Positions 38,581 to 64,000 of a stretch of 64,000 nt of DNA are shown in pieces. Both the position numbers and the translations under genes were made by a program. Under the pieces are notes generated by a model. It saw only the letters and a program-made list of their open reading frames with translations, was not told the DNA's origin and ran no database searches. Each line of letters begins with the position of its first letter. The first letter of the stretch is position 1. Origin of the DNA: Bugula neritina (Eukaryota; Animalia; Bryozoa); assembly GCA_964035545.1 (NCBI GenBank), contig OZ037769.1, positions 1,674,001-1,738,000 of the forward strand. Reading direction: 5' to 3'.

Positions 38581-41500
38581 TTACTTCCAAGTTACACCTA
38601 AACTACATATATTGTTGTGAGCTAATATGGATAGGAAGGCGGTGATAGTTATCCCCGTAGAATCTGCAACACTAGCAATTCCCAGGCTAAATTCTCGGTG
38701 TTCATCTTTAACCTAAATTACAAACCAAACTTATCGAAATTTCTTGTTGTAAGACACACAATTGACGCAGTAAAAAATGCCCATACTACTGTAATATAAT
38801 ATCTAAGGATGTAAACTACTAAAGTATATAATTTTAACAGAGTTAGAAAAATTCCCCAGCTTAACTTTTCTGAAAGAAATAATGTAACTGTTGATTCACA
38901 ATGCTCAAATTATAGCATGCTTAAATAAGTATATTATTTTACCATTCCTTTCATTGAAAAAAATGGAATTTTCAACCGGTTTTGCAGAAAAAAAATCATT
39001 TCAATGTAGCAGCACAACAGCCCAAATTATTCATTCAGGAATTTCATTTGCACAACTTTTCTAAACCCCCAGTTTTAGTTTTTTAGTAAAATTATCATCA
39101 GTCTGCATACATACCTGGTTTGATATTTGATAGAAGGTTTGGACATAACCTAGGCCACCCAAACATCCTTCAAACAGTATAAGAGCAAAGACTATCCAAA
39201 TACCGTGAGCTTCAGGCATGTAGTGGTAGATAACTTGGTTGGTGAGTATAGTTAGATTTACTATCTACAACGGGACATATACAGTTTACACTCTGTGATA
39301 TATACAGTATACTCTGTGATATATACAGTATACTCTGTGATATATACAGTATACTCTACGATATATACAGTGTACTCTACGGTATATACAGTATGCTCTA
39401 TAAGTGAATATACAGTAGAGAAATATACTGCCAGAGAAGTACCTGCAAGAGTGGCAGTATCCACAGGTGCTTGAATGTGAAACAGTTGACACTGGAGCGA
39501 GAAATAAAGACACCCACTTGATAGATGGTTTGATACCACCTATACTGAGCCTCTATGGACAACCAGCTGCACGCTGCAGAGAAGTACAGCAGCTCAAACT
39601 AAAGAGCAAATAAATATACCAATTCATCAAACATACAGTCTGATTCAAAAACTAAAAAATTATCCTTTTGTAAACAACTAACAGTCATCTGAACGAAAGA
39701 CCGCTGACTATAAGTGACCTGAAGAAGTGCTGCCTGTAGAAGTTATACTCACCAAAGCCTGGTTGATGAAGTACTCCGCCATGTAAACTATCATCAGTGG
39801 AACCATAAACTTCAGCAGTGGCTAGATGGCAATAGAAGCAATGATTCATTTAACCAAATAAATTAGTAAATAAATATACATGTACATACAAACACACACA
39901 CGTACATACATATCTACATACATATTGGTGTCATAACTCTATACGAAGTTGTCCTACCTGTATAAGTCTTATCATCTGAAGCAGTGTATAGTCATTCTTA
40001 GGAGTTGTCCTTCTGTTGGGATCAGTTTGAGAATCAGCAGACAACTCCTGATATTGATTTATTTTATTGAAAGACCAGAGTGACCAGCTATTCTGTATGT
40101 AGGGAGGTCTGACAATCAGTAGATAGTAACTGTAAGTAAGAAACATACACTATAAATACACTACAGCTACACTACAGCTACACTACAGCTACACTACAGC
40201 TACACGGGACAAGAATAGTCACTAGCTAGCAGATTCCATCACCTCAAGGCCATAGACAGAGGCACCACGAGCATGATGAGGAGAGAAGTGTTAGCCGAGA
40301 GACCAAGTTGAGTTAAACCAGCGTAGGAAATGGCGCCAAATATACCGGCTGCACCAGTTCCAGATGACCAGGTGGATATGGCATTCCTACAACACCATAC
40401 ATTGTACACAGAATTAGTACATAGAATTGGTTCAGTGAAATTATATGTTGGAACAGTCACACAGCAAGATATAAAAGGAAGGGAAAACACAACATTACTT
40501 CCTGGAAGCCTTTAAATACAGACATATTTGAAGATATATGAAAACCAAACACTACTTTTAAACTCTCACAAATCTTAGCACATTTATAGGACAACAAAAA
40601 TAATTACATAATATAAATATAATTAAATTATTCGGGATATTCGTTGAATTAATTGATATTTAGAGATACATAAACGTACATGTATATTTACCTCTCTATT
40701 ACACAGAGTCACGTTTGGCATATGTATAATATAATATTTACCTGCTGTTAACAAACTTATGTATATAATATTTACCTGCTGTTAACAAACTTATGTATAT
40801 AATATTTACCTGCTGTCAACAAAGAGATGTACTTACGCTGCGTAATAAGAAGACATGCTAAGGAAAGTAATCTCCCCAAACCCACTAGAAACACTCCCAC
40901 ATGCCACACCTGCAACATGACATGCAGCTTTAATGTACAAAACACATATTGGAAGTGACAGTAAACAGTTTTAATACTAACCAGGAATAGTATACTTTTC
41001 TAATATGCTGAATATTAAAGTCACCGTATTACTAAGGTAAAAGGAAACAACTCCAGTAGTAAGAGCAATACGCACTATTGAATCCCAGCAGGCTTATTAA
41101 GGGTGATAGAAAGAGCATGATTGCTCCAGGAATTTAAGCAGACGTTCTCTCACTGTATTGCTAGACACACAGTCAGTTTCACAGGGATGGGGGCTTTAAA
41201 CAAAAATCGACAGTATTTCTATCAAATATACGATTACCAATATATAGACTACCAACTCACCAATATATAGACTACCAACTCACCAATATATAGACTACCA
41301 ACTCACCAATATATAGACTACCAACTCACCAATATATAGACTACCAACTCACCAATATATAGACTACCAACTCACCAATAATTAGACTAACAACTCACCC
41401 ATATTTAGACTACCAAATCACCAATATTTAGACTACCAACTCACCGATCCATAGACTACAAACTCACCAATATAACTGAGCCACTTGATCTGGGAGCCAG

Positions 41501-42877
41501 CAAGAGCAACTATTATGAAACTAGACGTGTTAAACAGCACCACTATCATCACTCTCAAACTGAAACAAACATACACACAGTATGTATCCATTATAGTAGC
41601 AGAAAATATGGATTCCTCGCAACTCAATAGAAAAAAATATTCTAATTAGAAATGTAGATAAAATAAAAATAGCCTAAAATGAGAAACAATGTTAAATGAG
41701 ACAGACTTACTTATATGAAATCCTGTGCATATAGAACGGGGCAGTGAACTTGATGAACAGTGTGGGTAGAATATCGGCCAATAAGATGCTGCCAGTTCCC
41801 GTCGGGTTACAGATCAACTCATGAGGTGTTTGAGTCGTTGCGTTCCACTTGCACTTGGCAATCTCTTGCTGAAAGTCAGAGATGAAGGAATAAAACTTTA
41901 ACAAGAGTATCTGATGCCCAAGACTGAAGAATTTGGCATTTAAATTTGTAAAGTAAAGAAATGGCTTCAAAATAAAGTTTATTATAAGTCAAAATAGCTG
42001 CTTGCTTCAAGTTATGCTAATAAGTGAAAGTTTATTATTCAAATGGGTTTTCCGTCCAACAAACTTATGTGTTACTGAAGCTAAATTACACAGTTCAACT
42101 ATATATAGAGTCACTGTATATTATAAAGCGTACTGTAATTCTCACTGGAAGAATGGATATAAGTAAAACGCTCAGTTAACTAACGAACACTGAAGTCCTA
42201 GAATTTAGGCACAGCAGCTCAACACCTGATAAACTTTATTATACTTGTTATGTGTAGACAACTCCCTTTACTTTCTTATTTCAAATATTATCTTGACAAA
42301 AAAAGCAAACCTCGTTTGGCTGAAGAATATCGTTTGCTGCTGACAGCATAACAACATATCCAAAGTTGTTGGTTAGTCCGAATATCCTAAAATATAAAAC
42401 TGATGGACTTTTGTCACATGCAAATATAAAATATATAATAACCATTACATTATCATTACACAAAACAAATCAATTAATTAACTATTGAAAAAACTCGTGG
42501 AATAATTGGCAAACATTGATTAAATGAAGATTACTCAACAGCTGAGTACACTTACCAGAAAGCTACGAGTGCTCTTACTTTACAAGTTCCTGTAAACCAC
42601 GGCTGCTCGTAACGCAACTCATCTAAACATAGTAACTAAATATTAAAAACCTCCAACATAAATAACATTTGAAGAAGCCATTTCACAAAATAACTTCTCA
42701 ATAATTTCAGCCAAGTGTAAATTTTAGATCAGAGTAATATGCATACATGTAGGTAGAAACAGTAGTAGAGTGATACTAACTATTAGATGTGTGTGAGTCA
42801 GTTATGAGATTGGTCTCATCAGTTACATTTTGGTCTTCATCTTCCTTCCATTCTTCTGAGATATTATAGTCCGCCAT
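38581..42877 (-). CDS. CLN3: Battenin (CLN3) lysosomal membrane protein; ~461 aa
   Basis: Exons 42877-42781, 42622-42556, 42386-42311, 41868-41711, 41559-41468, 40909-40837, 40386-40243, 40129-39958, 39821-39753, 39598-39443, 39264-39115, 38712-38581 (1386 nt). Motifs [100 protein letters not shown]. Confidence 0.96.
39276..39416. repeat. 21-bp minisatellite (~6 copies) just upstream of the CLN3 exon 11 acceptor
   Basis: CTCT cores at 39291, 39312, 39333, 39354, 39375, 39396; unit CTCTGTGATATATACAGTATA. Confidence 0.9.
40157..40205. repeat. 11-bp tandem repeat (CTACACTACAG x4) filling much of the short CLN3 intron 7
   Basis: tacactacagctacactacagctacactacagctacactacagctacac; each unit carries GTAG on the minus strand. 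Confidence 0.9.
40725..40822. repeat. 34-bp tandem repeat (~3 copies) ~15 nt downstream of the CLN3 exon 6 donor
   Basis: TTTACCTGCTGT at 40737, 40771, 40805; contains donor-like CAG|GTAAAT on the minus strand. Confidence 0.9.
41236..41474. repeat. 23-bp minisatellite (~10 copies) duplicating the CLN3 exon 5 donor
   Basis: Unit ACCAATATATAGACTACCAACTC; the minus strand reads TATATTG|GTGAGTT, as at the real donor (41468/41467). Confidence 0.95.
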
Positions 42878-43769
42878 TTCCAGTTCTCCGTGGCAGCATG
42901 GAGCAGGAAGTATACCAAAGCGTTAATTCAGCCACTTGATTTAGTATGTCACAGCAAAACTGTAAAATATATTTATGAAATGAGGGTGATTTTCCTATTG
43001 ATCTGATGGGATGGAAGATATGGAAAATTGATTAGTTATTATTTTATAATAAGTCTATCAATTCTGCACATTTATTGATAATCATAAATGATAATCATAA
43101 TGATAATGATAATTTATAATTTTCTGTTGTATTTTATTGGTTTTTGACAATGACAACAACAATTATAATAACGGCACTCATTCGCAACTCCACAGTTACT
43201 AACTACTATATAAATTTATCACTTCTAGTTATAAGTTAATTTATTTATTATATCTTTTATTATTTATAATCTACTGAGTTTTGTTTACCCTTTGCTCTTG
43301 GTGCTCTAACAGGATGCGGAAATGTAGTTGAAACTCTGAAAAAATTCAAAAGAGAAGATTCACTGAACTATAGCCTAGATCTACTTCAATGAAAAGACCG
43401 GACGCCAAAGGGGTAGAGGGCATTGCCCTTTGTTAATAGCGTAGCAGCTATTGTTTGTTATTCTTTTCACAATGTTGTTGAAGGTACTTCTTCGGAATTA
43501 TCTCAATTTTATAACGATGATTTTGTAGAAAGATATTACTAGCTTGGGTTTATTTATTTAAATTGAAATGACTGTTGTCCCACAATAAAGGTACATCGCG
43601 AATCTTCGCGCTCAGTCTATTAATCATTTTAGGGATTTCCACTAGTGTTGCTATCTTTATTCCAGCATTTAACGGGTATTTACGAAGACATACGTCTACG
43701 ACAGAGGCTTTCAATTTTCACTTTGCAATTGTTAAGACAGTTGTGATACTACATATTGTACATTTTTAT

Positions 43770-44165
43770 CACTAATACTAATAGCAATACTAATAGTAAC
43801 ACTATTAATATTATACAAGATAATTTTACTAATACTGTAAATGTAATAGTAATGTCAGAATATCAGTATCAGACTCAGTATGAGTATGACTATGAGTACA
43901 GAGTATCACTAACTCTAAGTGACTATCAGTATGAGTATGACTATGAGTATAACCCTGCCAGTGCCTGTGGCTGTCAGTCTCGTCTGAGTCTGTGAGACTG
44001 AGTCTCAGTATTACTATGGCGATACGAGTGTGGTCTATGAGTATCAGTATCAGTCTGAGTCTGAGTATCAGAATGACTCACCACAGTGACTATGAGTATG
44101 TAGTAGTACTAGTATATATCAGTAAAACTCTAAGTATGAGTAACTCAGTCAGTATGAGTATGAGA
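43770..44165. repeat. Low-complexity ACT/AGT-rich tract (GAGTAT/CAGTAT hexamer-like) between CLN3 and HPD
   Basis: gagtatgactatgagta..., cagtatcagtctgagt...; similar tracts at ~1220-1600 and ~9435-9605. Confidence 0.75.
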
Positions 44166-44588
44166 TTCATTGCCATATTAAATTTGATAATCATGATGAT
44201 ATTGAATTTGATATACTCTTATTCATAATATTGTGGTTGTCATTGACTGGTTGACCCAATGATTGAGCGTTACTACTATGATCATAATGCTAAATTAGTT
44301 TCAGTTGAACACTTAGTAGTTGTCAACTATTCATTATATTTATTGTTTATGTTGATATTTAGTTTTATACTGATATTGAATTTGATATTGTAATTGTTGT
44401 TATTAATTATACATTATGATTAAGGATTATTATTAATATTTTAGCTGAACAAAATTAAATCAATAATCATTAATGTGTTTGATGTTGTATATTCATATTG
44501 TAGTAAATTGTAGAGCCAGAGACTTGGCAGAGTGATACTGATAGTTGCCATCTAAAGAGATTCCCTAATCATTCTTTATTGATTCGAA

Positions 44589-57368
<12,780 letters not shown>

Positions 57369-60300
57369 AGTATCCGGTGAAACCCTTTAACCAACTCACC
57401 TGGTGTCCGCGTCTAAACTGTGACTAATATGACCTAGTATTACATATGTTATGGAGTTGTCTTTTCTCATATTGTGACTAAGTTTATTCTGATATTCCAC
57501 TTAGGCTCGACAGCCGCTCACTAATTGATGCAACATTCCGTCAGGCAGCTATTCTCTCTGTTGATCATATTTCATTTGGCAGCTAAGCTAAATATTTGTT
57601 CCTTTACTTACAAGATTGTTTCAAGTTATTTGAAGGCAGCTACATTACTTATTCTTTACAGTTTTTACATAACTGGCAGCTAAACCATTTTATTTTATAT
57701 AAAGATAGTATTATGTTTAAGTTGAAGTATTACAACTTATTTTCTTATATTAAGCATATGGAGATGCTTACTTCAAGGTGGACACAACTTCACAACCTTC
57801 AGTAGCAGTTTGTAACTCAGTCAATGGGTGTATACAGTTAGAGTTGCTAAACACTGGCTCATTGCCAAGAGATGCAGTTCTAGCATGTGGCCCTACATGT
57901 TTAGGTCAGGGGGTTAGCATGCTCTCCCCCCCCACCTGTCATCAGTTACAAACTGCTAGCTGGTTGCGGATTTAGGTTTTCCTTTACTAAGCAATCTCCC
58001 ATCTGAATTATTGTATAATTACACACATGTTGTGCTGTACGTGATCTGGTGTATTTTTGTGTTGTTTTTCTGGTGTTTGGTGTTTTCCACAGTATATATT
58101 ATTTACACATTTATTTGGTGAACAGTTTTTAACATGGTGTGGGTTCGGAATCTCTTTATTTTTACCAAATATGTCATTTCCTGTTATATTATTTCTGTAT
58201 TAGTATAATATTGGAACAATAAAGATATCTTACACAGAAATTATTAAGTTTTTGATTGTAAAGACACCTATAACATATGCTCAGGTGTATTTGAATAGTT
58301 TATCAATGTCCAACTTTCTCTCGGGTAAAAACAGTTAACTTTTTGAGCTAAATATCGATTTCAGGGAGTTGTCATTCAATTTGTAGGAAATTGCAAACTA
58401 CCCAGAATAGAATACTTTATAGCAGGACGGAGTTTACGCAGAATGGACTCATGTGTTGGTGCAGCTTTGGGCATAGCAACTAGTTGTATTAAGAATTATC
58501 TGTTGGTTTGGAAACTCCATAATATTAGTGCTAAAAACTTCAACTGTAAACTGGCACTAATTTTCAATAAGAATTCACTCAGAAAATAGACTGTAGCCAA
58601 AGATAAAGGGACTTCATTTAGGTTATATTTTTAATTCAAGTATTTAAATATACTACGCAGTATGGTATATATTAAATAATAGACTATCACAGTTGTCTGC
58701 TACCCAAACAGGACGGAGCAGAGATAGGTGAGAGTAGTGGTTTGCAAAATTTGGAAAAATTTAGTTTGTTGGAAAGCTGAGGTGTAACTGTACAGCTGCA
58801 TTAGTAAGTAGTATAAGGCTGGTAATGAATACAGAGATGCTAAAATAGCCCCATTAATATTAAATTCTTGATGTCAACTAAAGTTCATTTACATCAGACA
58901 CCCTATTTTTTGAAATTCAAGAAGCAGGGATGATGTAAAGCCAGTTTCTGTCTATAGCCTTTTGAGTAGAATTCAGGCTATTTGCAAGTCTCAGTCTATA
59001 CTCCTCACGAACAAACAGAAGCTGAGGAAAGCCTTTATATTTTGTTAGGTGTAGAGATTATTGTTTGGAGCTCATTTCCTTTATTGCATGGACAGGCAGC
59101 TGTTTGCTGGCTAAAAATAACCCTTTCCAAAATTGGGTTTTTTGTTGTATTAGCTCAAAGGGTTGTGTTTTGGTGCATTCTAAGGCTATTTTGCTTTGAG
59201 GGGCTGAATAATGTGATGTAAACACTTGCAGGTTTCAGGTAGAAAACAATTAGTTGAGGCTAAACCGACTGGCTGTAGTTAATGAGCTTACAGTAGCTAG
59301 CATATTGGGTTCTTAAAAATACAATATATAATCTACAGTGTTTTATTGAGTATAGTTTTACTAGACCGTAAATCATATAAATATATGATTTTGGGCTGAC
59401 TTCGCAACCAATCATCTTACAAAGTCAGCATTTGAGGCAGCAAGCAGCAGTGTTAATCTTGTGAAGAGCCATCTAGTAGGAAAGCCCATCCACAATCAAC
59501 ATAGAGTATTGCATCACTGTGCTAAATTCAGTCACATGTGCATGCTAGCTTTTCTCTCTAATGTGCTCGCCAAACAGATTAAGACGTTTTATATATAGAC
59601 ACTTATTTGCTTCTTGATTTCTTCTTGCTCAATTTTATTCCTTTTATATTTTTGAATTTACTTTTTTATGTATATTTTCTCTACTCTATTTTTTGATACA
59701 GAGTCTTACTAATTTCAGTTATAAATTAAGAAATAAAGGATATTGAACTAAGAATGAGAAAGTAGGTATTGTTAAACCATGCAGACACTTTTCAAAATCT
59801 GTCAAATGGTGTATTGAAAATAGTTTATTTCTTGCATAGGTTTGTTCTTATTGGTTCAAAGTTGTCATTAAAGGATTGCTCTATCTTGTCTAATAAATGG
59901 CCATTTAGGTCAAACACACATAGTATTGTGTTTTTCTAAGCATGCATTGACAAAAAGCATTTGACCAAAGGTAGAAAAAGTTAGTTGAAGTTGAGGGTGT
60001 AGATTGGTAACAGCCAAAACGCCGATTTTGAAATGAGCTGGGAAATGTGACGTAACAGCGCCAGCATTCCTGCTGGTCACGTGACTATACAAATGAATAA
60101 CTATAGAAATATGACTGTGAGATGTGATCTTTCAGCTCGTAATTTGTATATTTATAGAAGTGCAAATGTGAATTATCTCAATCTATAGTTTTTTGACATG
60201 TTAAATAACATGTATGTGATAACATTAGGCCATATTTTGCTTGTAAGCATAGAAAAAAGCATTGCAAAAACATGCATTCTTTAGGATGAATGCCTGCGAT

Positions 60301-63249
60301 CGATCTAAACTAGGTCAGATTGTGCAATATTACGGACGCACCAAAGCTGACCTATATAGCGCACTGTAACTGCTTGAGCGTTATTGGTTGATGTTGCGCT
60401 CAGCAACCTTGAATACTAGCGTTATAGTTAGCACGTGCAGCATAGTTACTGGCGTTCACACGTCACGTATTAGGCTATTCTTTTTCATGGCTGAAAATTT
60501 TACCTCCCTCAAAATTTGAATTTTGAAAAGCTGTTTTCTAGGCATATATCCTTTTGCAAAGTCACAATTGTTTGCATACACATTAGATTATAGTTCATAA
60601 TTATAATGTGATTGTAATAAACTAAGATAGAGCAATCCTTTAAAACAGAAATGACAACTGTGAGTGTATTACAAATATCGTTGCTAAAACAGAAATGACA
60701 GCTTTAATACAATTATTGAAAATAGCATTCTAGCTTGAACAAAATATCACTTTTGCACATGTCAAATGCAGCTCATGAAATTAAAAGGCTCATTTAAACT
60801 GTCTTGCTATATTAAATTCAACAGATTATAAACCTACACTTTGTGAGCTGGATTAGTTTTGACAGAAAAAATTAATTAAATTTTATTCAGCAGGGTGGCT
60901 TGGCCAAGTGTGTCACAGGTGAGAGCTGGCACCTGCTAGGCATGTGGCAGCGGGCAGTTATACAATGACACTCTCTGCCAGGTACTTTGTAGATGAAATA
61001 ATAGCCAAAGTGTCTATAATTTCTCTCATTATCTTATGTCATGCCATAAAAACTATAGCTGGATTTAGCCACTACGTTATTATAATATCTTGGTATATTA
61101 TCATAGATTACAGCCTAGAAAATAAGACACTCGTATTTATCACTAATCTGTTCTAATAATATTTTGTTGTAATCATATGGTTGTTAGCTATATGCATTAT
61201 TTACATGTCACATGCCATAGTACAGATAGCAAATTAATGAGGCTTGGTGCAGGTACTTGCAGGCTTTCAATCCTGTCAATATTGCATCTGTCTATGCTTG
61301 GCATGTTTGTTAGAAAATCAATTTTGTATTTCTTTTAGAACATAACATCGAGAATGGCATGGCATGCACAAAATTACAGTGGGTGTATAAATAACTAAAA
61401 ACCACAGTTCAATGTTTTCGTTATGCAGTTTGGTGTTGCACAGGCAGCCTATGAAAGCAATGCATGCAAGGCTAATGAAGCACAGTAAACCGAGATAGCC
61501 TAAGTTTTAACAGCTAGAAACTTGGAGAGGCTGTTTATTAAATAAAGCAAACTGCCCAGCCTTATGCCAAACTAGAATCTAGAAATTTGATCTACAAGGA
61601 GCAACTTGCATTTATACACATCAAGGGGTTAGCATGCACTCGCACTAATCTGTAGCCTGTGTAATTTAAGGGCAGGCTGGGCTCTCTTCAATAGCCCCCC
61701 TCCCCCAATCCTAAACATAAGCTTGATGTTTCGCCTGTGTAAACGTGCAACTGTTTGCTGAGGAAATCTGCAGCATATTTAAGATTACTAAAACTAAAAG
61801 TCCTGAATATTGAAGAACTTATTAAATAGAACTCAATGTGTTCGGTAGTTAAAAAGCCTAACAAGACAGATACCGTCACTAAGCATTCTATTTCAATACA
61901 TCATATTTTCAAATTACCCATGCAAAAATAATGTCTATTTATTTCCACATGCTCCAAATTGTATGTAATCCTCAAATTGTTACTGATTCTGTAAGATTTA
62001 AACATTTTCCATTCAGCTATAAAACTACCACAGAGCTGTTCTCTCAATGTTATCAGGTTAAGATCGTCAGACTAACCATCCACAAAAAGACCTTGTTTAG
62101 TAAAGAGTGCGTTAGGCTATTTTAGATTTTATTGACATGCAATAACATTTTCCATTAACATTTGGGTACATATTTTTATGGTGATGAATCTTGTTAGTGC
62201 AGATAAACTTTTAGAGAATGATTTACAAGGATCATTCTATATAGCATCTAATAGCGCACACTAACTGACATTTACTGAAATTCATTTATTGCCTGTAATA
62301 CTGCAAGTTTATAACTGAAGCAATATAATTAGCAAGACACGCAGTTGTTCCTTACAACAAGCGTATACTGGCAGTAATTGATTGACAGCAAACTTTTGTC
62401 TTCATTGCCAACTGATTTTTCAGTTCAATTTTCCTCTAATTTGTGACTAGCGAGAGCATGTGCTCTATTTCTATCATAAACAAACTGCTCACTGCTAGAT
62501 ATCTCTGTCCAACAAAGTCCAGGCACATAATATCACTAATAAAACTATTTACTAATGAGAAAAATGAGTTACTAATCAATTATATTTGCATTTAGGTCTT
62601 GTCTGTCACTAAAGACTTATTTTGATGATATAATAGACTTTACTCTCAGTAGTCATTTGAAAAACAGGGTCCTTGCAAAATAGAAATCCTGAAAAACATT
62701 CAGCAAACTTGATAACTTATGGAAAATTTGTTGTGAGGGCTTTTCAGCATGTAGATAGCCTGGCCATACTTTGAATAGCTTTATTTTGCTGACTGTGCAA
62801 AGTTTTCCCTGTCGGCCTATTTAACAATAATATGTTACTTGTGGCATTTCAGTACATAAAGCTATTTGAGTCTTAATGCCTATAATTAGATCCGAGAAAA
62901 AAAATGATGCATTTTTAAAAGAGATTTTACACCTACTAGACTTCAGGTTGGTGTAAATAATATATATGTAAGAAAAATCAGAACATTTTTATTGAAAGTA
63001 TTTTACTAAATTTAGATTTGGTTTAAAGCCTGCAAATAGAAACTTACAATGCATTTAATAATTAGCATTAATTAGTCTATGGTGGCTAATTAGCATTAAA
63101 ATGATTTAATCCATATCACTTTGTGGTCATTGATAATGATGACCTGGTAGAAATAATCTAACCACAGTTTTCCTACTATTTGAAAGGCTTAGATGGGGGG
63201 GGTTCTGCCCAGACTCCTATACTGTTAGGCAAGGAGACACTAGTTACAA

Positions 63250-63323
63250 TACACTATACACTACACACTACACACTATACACACACACACACACACACAC
63301 ACTATACACTACACACTATACAC

Positions 63324-63354
<31 letters not shown>
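63250..63354. repeat. (CA)n / ACACTA compound microsatellite
   Basis: acactatacactacacac...(ca)n. Confidence 0.95.
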
Positions 63355-64000
63355 ATGCAATATTGCTTACTTTATTAAATAAGACCTAAACCCCCACCCC
63401 ATTACCTCAAAGTTAAGTTAAGCCTGAAAAGAACATGATATGTAACTTGGGACAGTTTAAGCTCAGATATAGTCTTTTTGCTGCCTCTCAATTTGTAGTG
63501 TAAGTGGATATACTAACTTCTAAAGCAGCAAATAAGTTTGAAAAGTTTGAAAAACCGACCTACTTCATCTGCATACTAACTGGCCAACTCTAAGGGCTTA
63601 TATCTCCCCTTTTCTGTTTGTCTCAATTATCATCAAGTCTGATAAGTGAGCAGTTGGTATTCAAATGGATGTCAACTTTACTGAAACCCGAATCATATTT
63701 TCTCCTAAATGTAAACATATTTTCATAAGAATTTAAAGTCATGCCAGCAAGGTTGTAAGCAAGCTACTGTGTCATTGTGTATTTGAGATCATCCCTGAAT
63801 GACATGTTAAACTATTTGCACTAAATATCAAATATCATTTCTACGGATACCGTCTGCACTCTAGCACGTCTGCAGCCGCATTAGTCCCACTCACTCACCA
63901 TCACAATGTCATCCACATTGACTCAAATTTCTGTCCCCTCCAGTCTGGCTCATGACAATTGATTTTAGATGTCACTCATTTTCAAATACTGATTGAAGGC

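Overview
AT-rich, intron-containing animal (invertebrate-type) genomic DNA; the species cannot be determined from this window. Five spliced genes can be assembled by hand with GT-AG introns and consistent phases: a syntrophin (-, 6 coding exons), ALKBH4 (+, 3), a secreted mosaic protein NtA-TSP1-LamG/TSPN-TSP1-7xEGF-EMI-like (-, 14), CLN3/battenin (-, 12) and HPD (+, 12). The left edge holds the 5' LTR, tRNA-Leu PBS and gag start of a Ty3/gypsy-like retrotransposon (-). Syntrophin/ALKBH4 and CLN3/HPD are head-to-head pairs. The most striking pattern is a dozen or more unrelated minisatellites sitting on or right beside splice junctions. Several are tandem copies of the splice site itself, and some are in frame. 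The largest is a 5-kb, ~200-copy, indel-free 25-bp array ending just before the HPD exon 4 acceptor. The long repetitive ORFs in the ORF track are artefacts of these arrays. All coordinates were read by eye; no searches were run.
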